DNA of 56,758 nucleotides from a virus (Duplodnaviria; Caudoviricetes): IMG/VR virus record IMGVR_UViG_3300046824_000124, positions 1 to 56,758 of that record; one strand, 5' to 3'. Shown piece by piece: positions 1 to 7,619 of this stretch (position 1 is its first letter; each line of letters starts with the position of its first letter). The notes under the pieces were generated by a model. It saw only the letters and a program-made list of their open reading frames with translations, ran no database searches and was not told where the DNA came from. The position numbers and the translations under genes were made by a program.

Positions 1-134
1 CGACGGACTTCCAACGGACATCCTAGAGCCTTCCAACGGAATTCCACGGAATTCCACGGAAGAAGATGGAGCGCCTCGGAATTCACAACGCAAAGAAAAA
101 GAAAAAGAAAAAGAAGAGAAAGAGGGATTAACTC
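1..134. repeat. Terminal direct repeat, left copy (circular assembly overlap)
   Basis: Identical to 56631-56758 except (GAAAAA)3 here versus (GAAAAA)2 at the right end. Confidence 0.95.
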
Positions 135-505
135 TTGCGCCGGTTTCGGCGCGAAAGAGTGATCCCCTGTGGGATGCATTTGTTCGGGAAATGGGCAGTG
201 CACCGGAGACGCAAAGCGAACGCGGTGCATGGAACAAAGCCGCAAAGGAACTCCGCGACGTCGGTGCAACCCCTGAGCAGGTGCGGCAACGCTGCACTGA
301 GTACCGGGCGCGATGGCCGAAGACTGACCTCACCCCTCCCGCCCTCGCAAGGCACTGGGGCGCACTGGCACGCCCAAGCCCCAACGGGAAGGGCAGGTCA
401 CAGCAGATCGACACGCTCACGCAGACGGTGGTTACGGGACGATTAGCGAGAGAGAGAGCAGAACGTGAAGCAGCAGCGAGAAACGCGGAAGCGCGCGGCG
501 ACTAA
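2..505 (+). CDS. Phage replication initiator, 3' part (continues from 56263 across the circular junction)
   Basis: Frame starting at nt 2 is open and continuous with the ORF from 56263 and with track ORF 191-505; lies directly upstream of a DnaC-like ATPase. Confidence 0.85.
   Translation, partial: DGLPTDILEPSNGIPRNSTEEDGAPRNSQRKEKEKEKEEKEGLTLAPVSARKSDPLWDAFVREMGSAPETQSERGAWNKAAKELRDVGATPEQVRQRCTEYRARWPKTDLTPPALARHWGALARPSPNGKGRSQQIDTLTQTVVTGRLARERAEREAAARNAEARGD
9..125. promoter_or_regulatory. Putative replication origin: iterons plus A-rich tract inside the initiator gene
   Basis: TTCCA(A)CGGA at 9-18, 31-40, 42-50 and 52-60, a related CGGAATTCAC at 77-86, then a purine/A-rich run at 92-125; lambda O-like layout. 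Confidence 0.7.
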
Positions 506-1415
506 GGGGCGACTGGCGACGAGAGATTTCGACGCCGCGGTTGTCGGTGGTCCGCGCGGCTTCTCCGCAAAGGAGTGGGTCGCACAGAAGGCTACCGAGG
601 CACAGGCACGCATGGACGCCCTGGCAGCAGCGGGACAGCCATTCGTGCCGAAGTACCGCAAGACCCACAACCCCGCCGAGGAGAGGCAGCGTGCGCTTGA
701 CGCCGCGTTACCCGCCGATTGGCAGCGGATGACACTGGAAACGTTCAACGGCTACACAGAGGAACTGCGTGCCGCCGCGCTCCAGGTTGCCGACTTCATT
801 GAACGCCCGATGGGTTTCCTGTACCTGTACGGCGACGTTGGCACGGGCAAGAGCCACCTTGCAGCGGGCGCGGCTATCCGCCTGATTGATCGCAAGTACA
901 TGGTGCGTGCCTACCGCGCCGCCGATGTCGCCACGATGATTCACCGCGCCGTGTTTGAACACAACCTCGAAACGGTGATGGATCGCCTGAAGAACGTGCG
1001 TGTCCTCGTCCTCGATGACCTGGGCGCGGAACACCTGAGCGAGTTCATGGCGAACCAGTGGTATGACCTGCTCGACTACCGCTACCGCACGGTCAGCCCG
1101 ACGATCATCACGGCGAACCTGCACCCTGATCGTCTCGATATGCCGCGCCTTGCCTCTCGCCTCAAAGACGGGCAGTGGGGTTCGGTTATCGGCATTGCCG
1201 CGAAGGATTACCGCGCCTACGCCACGCCCCCGAAGATGCACACGGCGGCAGACGACTACGCCCCGCCCTCGGAGTGGGAGAAGACCTGCGGGACGTGTGG
1301 CGGCACCGGCCTTGTGCGCCGTGACCTCCCCACGCATCACGCCGATTTCGGCAAAGCGTTTCTCTGCCCTGAGTGTCGGGGCGGCGGGCCAGCACTGAAG
1401 AACGGAGTTCACTGA
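465..1415 (+). CDS. DnaC/IstB-like helicase loader ATPase with C-terminal Zn finger (true start may be downstream, e.g. 612)
   Basis: Walker A GDVGTGKSH, Walker B LVLDDLGAE, IITAN, RLASRL; CGTC...CPEC at the C-terminus. Confidence 0.9.
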   Translation: MKQQRETRKRAATKGRLATRDFDAAVVGGPRGFSAKEWVAQKATEAQARMDALAAAGQPFVPKYRKTHNPAEERQRALDAALPADWQRMTLETFNGYTEELRAAALQVADFIERPMGFLYLYGDVGTGKSHLAAGAAIRLIDRKYMVRAYRAADVATMIHRAVFEHNLETVMDRLKNVRVLVLDDLGAEHLSEFMANQWYDLLDYRYRTVSPTIITANLHPDRLDMPRLASRLKDGQWGSVIGIAAKDYRAYATPPKMHTAADDYAPPSEWEKTCGTCGGTGLVRRDLPTHHADFGKAFLCPECRGGGPALKNGVH

Positions 1416-1588
1416 TGCAAGACACCACCCTGCTAGAGCGCATCGCGGATCAGGCCGCGGTCATGGTCCGCTGCCGGGAGCACTACGCCGCCACCGGAGA
1501 CTTCGTGGCGCAGCGTGATTATTTGGCATCTATCAGGATGCTCAAGGCGCTGCTCGAACGCAGAGCCGGGAAGCCGGAGGGGGAGTGA
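1415..1588 (+). CDS. Hypothetical protein
   Basis: TGATG coupling to upstream gene, GGAG RBS. Confidence 0.65.
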   Translation: MQDTTLLERIADQAAVMVRCREHYAATGDFVAQRDYLASIRMLKALLERRAGKPEGE

Positions 1589-1800
1589 TGGCACGAAAGA
1601 CGACGAAGCGCGAGGTCCACAAAGCACTCGGAGCGATTCTCGCGCTCTACTACCACGACGTTACGCCCGTGAGCGATAGCGTCATCCTCCTCAACGTGAA
1701 CGGTGCCGACTTCCGCATCACCGTCAGCATCCCCCGCGCGCTGCATGGTCGGGGTGGCCCGAAGAAGCGGGCGGGCAAGCCGGAGGACACCAATGGATGA
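1588..1800 (+). CDS. Hypothetical protein
   Basis: TGATG coupling, GGAGG RBS. Confidence 0.65.
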   Translation: MARKTTKREVHKALGAILALYYHDVTPVSDSVILLNVNGADFRITVSIPRALHGRGGPKKRAGKPEDTNG

Positions 1801-2104
1801 CCTTGTAGCCATCGCAGCGCGGGCACTTGCCGAGCGGGATGCCCGTATCGCCGCGCTCACCCAGGCGGCGGATGCCCTCCTGTTTGAGTTGTCCGTTGAC
1901 CCAGCGCCCGATCCCACGGGACATGTGGCGCAATGCGCGGACGCCTTGCGCGCCCTCCTGACCGCTGCGGAGCGGGCGGGGAAGCCGGAGGACACCGATG
2001 AGTAGGCGCGAGGACTTTCTCAGAGAAGTGATGCGACAAGGGCAGGAGATCGCCACCCTCCGCGCCGCCCTTGCCGAGCGGGATGCCCGTATCGCCGCGC
2101 TCAC
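1766..2104 (+). repeat. Interleaved direct repeats in a small-gene array
   Basis: 26-nt AGCGGGCGGGSAAGCCGGAGGACACC at 1766-1791 and 1971-1996 (partial copy 1568-1580); identical 35-mer at 1826-1860 and 2070-2104. Confidence 0.9.
1793..2005 (+). CDS. Hypothetical coiled-coil protein
   Basis: GGAGG RBS within the junction repeat; shares LAERDARIAALT with the next gene. Confidence 0.65.
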   Translation: MDDLVAIAARALAERDARIAALTQAADALLFELSVDPAPDPTGHVAQCADALRALLTAAERAGKPEDTDE

Positions 2105-2276
2105 GGAGTTGCTGCGGGAGACGTATCCGTACCTGCCACTTGCCGTATCACTCGCGGAGGAGTTGGCGGAGATGTTTCCCGACATCGCCCGTCCGTATGA
2201 TCGGACCTACCCCTGCACCAGCGACCAGTTCACCCACACCTACCACTACCCGCACGGCGACGAGGGGGATGCATGA
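1998..2276 (+). CDS. Hypothetical protein with His-rich C-terminal motif
   Basis: GGAGG RBS; C-terminal YPCTSDQFTHTYHYPHGD. Confidence 0.7.
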   Translation: MSRREDFLREVMRQGQEIATLRAALAERDARIAALTELLRETYPYLPLAVSLAEELAEMFPDIARPYDRTYPCTSDQFTHTYHYPHGDEGDA

Positions 2277-2497
2277 CCACGACGATGCCGTGGAGCTTCC
2301 CGGCGGCGCGCCTGATGCAGCAGGTACTGAAAGCCTGCCAACTCCCGCCCGATGTCGAGGCGGTATCGCAGGGCTGGTTCGTCCAGGCAGCGGAGATATT
2401 GGCGCGGCAGGGCGGGGCGGATCACGTCACGGGCGAGCATATCGCACAGGTGACGCGCGATCTCCTCGCATCGCTCAAGGCGGAGGACACACCATGA
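2273..2497 (+). CDS. Hypothetical protein
   Basis: ATGA overlap, GAGGGG RBS. Confidence 0.65.
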   Translation: MTTTMPWSFPAARLMQQVLKACQLPPDVEAVSQGWFVQAAEILARQGGADHVTGEHIAQVTRDLLASLKAEDTP

Positions 2498-2661
2498 AGA
2501 TCAAGCGCACCTGGCGCCTCACCCCCACCCTCCGCCTCGCCATCCTCCACGATGACCAGGGCCGCGTCTGGAAAGCGCCGCTGCATCTCAAGGACGGGCG
2601 CTGGTGGTATCGGCTCATCGACGTGACGCCGTATGTGCGGGGGGAGCGGGGTGACGTGTGA
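2494..2661 (+). CDS. Hypothetical protein (MKIKRTWRLTP...)
   Basis: ATGA overlap, GGAGG RBS. Confidence 0.65.
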   Translation: MKIKRTWRLTPTLRLAILHDDQGRVWKAPLHLKDGRWWYRLIDVTPYVRGERGDV

Positions 2662-2783
2662 CCGGACAGTTCGTAGTGGGCGCAAACGCGCTGTACGCCC
2701 CGCTAACGCCATCAAAAAGAAAAAACACGACCACAGAGTGCTTTGCAGGGGGTAACGACGCTCTCCGTGGCGCTGAAGTGGCT

Positions 2784-3308
2784 CTACGGGCGCGCCCTCG
2801 AAACGTCCCCGACCTGATTGAGTTCCTTGCTTCGCAGGAAGAAGGCATCGCACATCGCCACGTACTCATCGGAGAACGACTTATTTGCCACGCGGCGCAC
2901 CGTTCCATGCTGGTTCGGGAAGTCGCGGTATCCAGTGATCTTCGTTCGGTACTTCGTGTTGTCGGCTTGGAGGTCACGGAGCGCAAGGACATTCAGTGCG
3001 GCTTCCCGCTTCACGCGGAGGTAAGGCAGGAGCGCACGCAAGATTTCCTCAGCCCGCTTGTCACTTGCCTGATACCGATAGAGCGGACGGCCTTGCGCGC
3101 TATGTGGTTTCTCAGGGTAGTACCAGCCACCGAGCGTTTCCGCGATGAACTTGATTGCCGGTTCGTCAACCATGTGGATGTGAATCATCGCATGGTATCC
3201 GCGGGTCTGCCTGTCCTGCCGCTCGTTGATCGACGTGCGCTTCACGCGAATGCACGCCTCTCCGTCGAAGATGCCCGCGATGTACGCGAGGTCTGTTGAT
3301 CGTGTCAC
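2784..3308 (-). CDS. Free-standing single-motif LAGLIDADG homing endonuclease
   Basis: N-terminal DLAYIAGIFDGEA motif and C-terminal LLPYLRVKREAA; GGGAGG RBS and a TGGTATAAT extended -10 just upstream on the minus strand (~3335-3343). Confidence 0.85.
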   Translation of the reverse strand: MTRSTDLAYIAGIFDGEACIRVKRTSINERQDRQTRGYHAMIHIHMVDEPAIKFIAETLGGWYYPEKPHSAQGRPLYRYQASDKRAEEILRALLPYLRVKREAALNVLALRDLQADNTKYRTKITGYRDFPNQHGTVRRVANKSFSDEYVAMCDAFFLRSKELNQVGDVSRARP

Positions 3309-3362
3309 GTTACACCTCCCAGTGTGTCTACGTGATTATACCATCGAAAGGGGGTGAGGCCA

Positions 3363-4464
3363 ATGGGTAGTGATGTTCAGCCAGTGTATGAGCATGCGGG
3401 AATCTCTCTGTATCAGGGCGATTGTCGGGATGTTCTCTCGCGGTTGCCGGATAACTCCGTGCAATGTGTTGTAACTTCGCCGCCTTATTGACTTCGGACT
3501 GCGGGATTACGGTGTGGCGGGACAGATCGGCTTAGAGCAATCGTCCGCCGAATACGTGGCCGCGATGGTCGCCGTGTTCCGCGAGATGCGCAGAATCCTC
3601 CGCGACGATGGGACTCTCTGGTGCAACCTCGGTGACGCTTTCGGGCCGAACAAGCAGTTGCAGATGATTCCCGCTCGCGTTGCGCTGGCACTTCAGGCTG
3701 ATGGGTGGGTGCTTCGATCCGATGTGATATGGGCGAAACCGAACCCGATGCCCGAAAGCGTCACGGATCGCCCCACGCGGAGCCACGAATATATTTTCTT
3801 GCTCTCGAAGGCGGCGCGGTACTACTACGATGCCGAGGCGATTGCGGAACCCGTGAGTGCGTCGTCTGACTTCGGGAAGCCGCGCCCGATTACGCCCATG
3901 TCCTCGAGCATTGGGCCGCATCGCGCACGTCTCGGCAACGGCTCCGTTGGTTCCGCGACTGGCCGCAACAAGCGCGACGTATGGACGGTCGCCACCGCGC
4001 CCTATCCCAACGCGCACTTCGCCACCTTCCCGCCCAAACTGATCGAACCCTGCATCCTCGCGGGCACATCAGCGAAGGGCGCGTGTCCCGCGTGTGGTGC
4101 GCCGTGGCGAAGAATCGTGGAGAAGTCAGCGTCACCGCACGATGGACACACCGCGAGCGCCTACGCGACGGGGAGCAACGGCAATCGCATCTCATTGGCA
4201 CGTCAGGCAGCGCGCGAGCGAGGCGGCGAATACGCGAGTGCCACCGTCACGCTCGCCTGGGAACCATCCTGCACCTGCGGGCGCACCGATACCGTGCCAT
4301 GTACGGTTCTGGATATTTTCGCAGGCGCAGGCACAACCCTGCTCGTGGCGAAGAACCATAACCGGCAGGCGGTGGGTATCGAACTGAACGAATCCTACTG
4401 TCGCCTGATCGTGGACAGGCTCGCGCAGGACGTGCTCCCGTTGGAGGTGCTGCATGACCGCTGA
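3363..4464 (+). pseudogene. N4/N6 DNA methyltransferase split by a frameshift (4-nt insertion) right after SPPY; pseudogene or recoded
   Basis: 3363-3491 encodes ...LYQGDCRDVLSRLPDNSVQCVVTSPPY*; the +1 frame continues FGLRDYG...IWAKPNPMPESVTDRPT...HFATFPPKL...VLDIFAGAGTT...GIELN; Zn-ribbon insert CPAC...CTCG. Confidence 0.85.
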
Positions 4465-4843
4465 CGCCCGCGACACCACCACGACCCGCACCACTCCCGC
4501 CCAACAGATGATTCGCCGCGCCGAACGCGAGCGCCATGAAACCGCCCTCGCCACCGTCCTCCATCAAGCGGGGCTGCCCGAACCAGTCCGGCAGTTTCGC
4601 TATATGCCGGGGCGCAAGTTGACGGCGGATTTCGCCTATCCCCATGTGCGGCTGCTGATCGAAGTGCAGGGCGGTTCATGGGGCGCGGGTCATAGTCGAG
4701 CAGATCGGTATGCAGAGGATCGGGTGAAGGTGGCGGAGGCGCAAATGGCGGGCTGGGTGGTGATCGAGGTAACGCCGGTGATGATCGGGGATGGACGGGC
4801 ACTTGATTTGATCGAGCGCGCGTTGAAAGGGGAGGGCGCATGA
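4454..4843 (+). CDS. PD-(D/E)XK endonuclease (DUF559/Vsr-like, possible resolvase)
   Basis: QFRYMPGRKLTADFAYP..LLIEVQGG..H......ED..K...AQMAGWVVI. Confidence 0.75.
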   Translation: MTADARDTTTTRTTPAQQMIRRAERERHETALATVLHQAGLPEPVRQFRYMPGRKLTADFAYPHVRLLIEVQGGSWGAGHSRADRYAEDRVKVAEAQMAGWVVIEVTPVMIGDGRALDLIERALKGEGA

Positions 4844-5532
4844 ACATGCCCGTGGAGGCCACTCAGAGCCACGGAGAGACGTTTTCGGGTGTACGGACGC
4901 AATCCGGGTTGCGCGGCATTTGCGCGCTCACAGCGTACGTGGCATGCGTGTACGGCGCCAACTTGGCGATCAGCACCTTCGGCATCATCCGCCTTTGGCC
5001 GCTGCCGCTTTATGCGCCCGCTGGCGTCCTCTTCGTCGGGGTGGCGTTCAGCGCGCGCGATTGGCTCCAGGAGACGTTGGGGCGCCGCTGGACAATCCTC
5101 GGCATCCTCATTGGTGCTGCCCTCTCCGCCTTCCTGTCGCCTGCGCTCGCTGTAGCGTCTGCTACGGCTTTCCTCGCCAGTGAGACCGCGGACCTCCTGG
5201 TGTACTCGCCGCTGCGCGCGAAGCATCGAGCATGGGCGGTGACGCTCTCGAATACCGTGGGGGCTGTCGTGGATTCGGCCTTGTTTCTCTGGCTGGCCTT
5301 TGGGTCGCTCGCCTTCTTCTGGGGGCAGGTGATTGGCAAGGAGTTGATGGTCGCGCCGGCGCTGATCGTCCTGGCACTCATCCGATGGCGCAAGCGGATC
5401 CGTGAAGAGCAACGGGACCTGCACGTGGTGAAGCGGATCACGGCGTTGATGGAAGCGGAGCGGGACACGGTGCTGGACGACTTGGAGCAGCAGGTGGACG
5501 CGGCGATTGCGCGGCGGAAGGCGGGGGCATAG
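4840..5532 (+). CDS. VUT family (queuosine precursor transporter-like) membrane protein
   Basis: Multi-TM with AN, PAGVLFVGVAFSARD, ASATAFLASETADLLVY, SNTVGAVVDSALFLWLAFG, GQVIGK. Confidence 0.8.
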   Translation: MNMPVEATQSHGETFSGVRTQSGLRGICALTAYVACVYGANLAISTFGIIRLWPLPLYAPAGVLFVGVAFSARDWLQETLGRRWTILGILIGAALSAFLSPALAVASATAFLASETADLLVYSPLRAKHRAWAVTLSNTVGAVVDSALFLWLAFGSLAFFWGQVIGKELMVAPALIVLALIRWRKRIREEQRDLHVVKRITALMEAERDTVLDDLEQQVDAAIARRKAGA

Positions 5533-5805
5533 ATGGAATCTACGAAGGTCTGCTCCCGCCCCACCTGCCCCCACCACGGCGTCCCCCAGCCCCTCACCGC
5601 GTTCCGCCCCGAACCTACCTATGCCCTCGGCGTCTACTGCTGGTGCCGTGACTGTGTCCGCATCTACCGACAGGAGCGGCGACGGGCGCGATTAGTAGAG
5701 TGTCAAGCACGGGATCGTGCTGCCTATGCACGCCGGCGGGAGCATCATCGCGAGCGGAAACGACGGAGTGAGATCAGGCGAGCGCTTCGGAAAGGGGAGG
5801 GCTGA
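5533..5805 (+). CDS. Zn-ribbon basic protein
   Basis: KVCSRPTC...F......YCWCRDC followed by an Arg-rich helix. Confidence 0.65.
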   Translation: MESTKVCSRPTCPHHGVPQPLTAFRPEPTYALGVYCWCRDCVRIYRQERRRARLVECQARDRAAYARRREHHRERKRRSEIRRALRKGEG

Positions 5806-5806
5806 C

Positions 5807-6508
5807 ATGGCAGCACGGGCACTGATGGATGCGGGAGTGCAGAAGGAGGCGAGTGACATGGTAACGGCAACGCGGAATGGCAAGGAAACGACGGGGCAGG
5901 CAACGGGAGATGCACGGATCGTGCTGTTGCCCGCGCGCAACATCCAGCGCTGGGAGGTGCGGATCGTCGGGGAAACACCGCTCATCACGCATCGCTTCGG
6001 TGAGGACGCCATCCAGGCGATTCAGGACGCGCAGGGAGGCGCGGCGAAGACGAAGAAACCACCCCGTGACCCGCGGCGTGAGTTCGAGCAGGGGATGTAC
6101 CGATTGCCGGACGGTGGCTACGGCTTCCCGGCGGCGGGCGTGAAACTGGCAATGACAATCGCGGGTCAGCGCGAGGCGGGTGAGAAGCGCACCGAACTGA
6201 TGGGGCGCATCTCCATCGCGTCGGAACATCTGGAGATCATCAGCGACCGCCCACCGGAGATGCGCACGGACCGCGTGCGTCTCTCGGGCATGGCGGGGGT
6301 GACGAGCCTCGCCTACCGCCCCGTCTTCTGGCCGTGGAGCATGCTCGTGCCCATCCGGTTCAATGCGAACACGATCCAACTCGATCAGGTACTCAACATC
6401 CTCGACATCGCCGGGTTCTCGGTCGGCATCGGTGATTGGCGCGTGGATCGCAAAGGCACCTTCGGGCAGTTCAGCGTCGATTACGACTCAATCAGGCAGG
6501 TCGCCTAG
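5807..6508 (+). CDS. RAMP/Cas7-like RNA-binding protein (Vipr-like effector); alternative start 5858
   Basis: N-terminal strand VRIVGETPLITH, GFPAAGVKLAM (compare Cas7/RAMP IPGSSLKG), C-terminal Gly-rich loop GFSVGIGDWRVDRKGTFGQF; directly followed by the pentamer array. Confidence 0.75.
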   Translation: MAARALMDAGVQKEASDMVTATRNGKETTGQATGDARIVLLPARNIQRWEVRIVGETPLITHRFGEDAIQAIQDAQGGAAKTKKPPRDPRREFEQGMYRLPDGGYGFPAAGVKLAMTIAGQREAGEKRTELMGRISIASEHLEIISDRPPEMRTDRVRLSGMAGVTSLAYRPVFWPWSMLVPIRFNANTIQLDQVLNILDIAGFSVGIGDWRVDRKGTFGQFSVDYDSIRQVA

Positions 6509-7020
6509 ACCCGCGCGAGGCGCGGCGAGGCATGGCAGTGTCATGTCGGGTCGGGCAAGTCAGGATAAGCCCGTGAGGGCGCAAGGTGGAGCGTGGCTTG
6601 GCATGGTTAGGTCTGTTTCTGCCTGTTACGGAATGATGGCTGGTTCCCAGCCCACCGGGGAGCAATCCCCGGATGGCTGCGATGGCAGCGCGCGGCCAGG
6701 TGAGTCGAGGCGAGGTTGGGTGAGGTTTGTTGTGGCGAGCTACGGCAGAGGACGACAGCCCGTGAGGGCGCAGGGCCAGGCTTGTCTATGTAGCGCGTCG
6801 TTCGGTCGGGTCTGGTACGTCATGGATGGCTGGTTCTCAGCCCCCCCGCTCCTTCGGGGGCGGGATGGCTGCGAAGGCAGCGCGAGGTGGGGTCGGGTCG
6901 CGCGGGGTTTGGTTGGGCTATGTACGGCTGGGCAAGGAACAATAGCCCGTGAGGGCGCAAGGTAGCGCAAGGTAAGGTTAGGCGGGGCCCGTTCAGGTCG
7001 GGTTTTGCCCGGTTTTGATT
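6509..7020 (+). ncRNA. Array of six GGY-NN pentamer tracts separated by conserved hairpin linkers (putative guide RNA array)
   Basis: Tracts at 6514-6568, 6585-6634, 6689-6748, 6774-6823, 6881-6940, 6961-7015; linker A GCCCGTGAGGGC at 6569, 6758, 6945; three-hairpin linker B at 6635-6690 and 6825-6882. Confidence 0.8.
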
Positions 7021-7049
7021 CGTCGTCAAGTCATCAAGGAGCAGCAACG

Positions 7050-7562
7050 ATGGTCGTCACGGTTCGGTTCCGTCCCGGTACACCCTTCAAGACCGCGGAA
7101 GCGCCGAAGGTCGAGCGCGCACTGGAGCGCGTTGCCCGCCCCGATGGCATGTTCGAACCGCAGGACGTGGTAGACGCCGCGCGCCCTGCATCCTCCGTCC
7201 TGCATCCGTACTTCGAGTGGGACGACAGCGAAGCGGCGCGTGAATATCGGTTGTGGCAGGCGCGTAATCTGACGCGGGCCGTCGAGGTGCGTGTCCTCAC
7301 CGCCGACAACGCTGAACACTGGGTGCCGAAGTTCAACAGCGTCATGGTGCAGACCGACGCCGGCGTCAATGAGCGGCGCTATGCCACCCTCGCGGTCGTC
7401 AAGCAGCAACCGGACCTGATCGCGCAGGTGCAGCAACGCCTTGAGGACGAACTACTGGCCTGCAAGCGGCGCTATGAGGCTCACGCGCACATCCCTGAGT
7501 TCCATCAGCGGTTCGCGGAAGTCTTCGACGCGGTGGATCGTCTCGCGTTGGTCGCTGACTAG
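7050..7562 (+). CDS. Phage protein, putative partner of the RAMP-like gene
   Basis: AAGGAG RBS directly after the array; VVDAARPASSVLHPYFEWDDSEAAREYRLWQARNL motif. Confidence 0.8.
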   Translation: MVVTVRFRPGTPFKTAEAPKVERALERVARPDGMFEPQDVVDAARPASSVLHPYFEWDDSEAAREYRLWQARNLTRAVEVRVLTADNAEHWVPKFNSVMVQTDAGVNERRYATLAVVKQQPDLIAQVQQRLEDELLACKRRYEAHAHIPEFHQRFAEVFDAVDRLALVAD

Positions 7563-7619
7563 CGCGGCGTTCAGTTGTGCGTCTGAGCGGCACTAACAAG
7601 AATCACGGAGGGGGCACCG

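Noticed and set aside
2784-3491. Group I intron or intein holding the LAGLIDADG gene
   Set aside because: The endonuclease is antisense and upstream of the methyltransferase, not inside it; no intein termini or intron core recognised
6363-6965. 200-aa ORF and the minus-strand ORFs across the array
   Set aside because: Low-complexity G/R/A/S translation produced by the pentamer periodicity; overlaps the RAMP-like gene, has no RBS, and tetraloop covariation points to RNA function
6509-7020. Canonical CRISPR array or TIGR array
   Set aside because: Constant parts are 3-nt motifs every 5 nt plus two alternating hairpin linkers, not 25-40 nt repeats with unique spacers; no cas1/cas2, and I saw no Nop-domain protein or box C/D motifs
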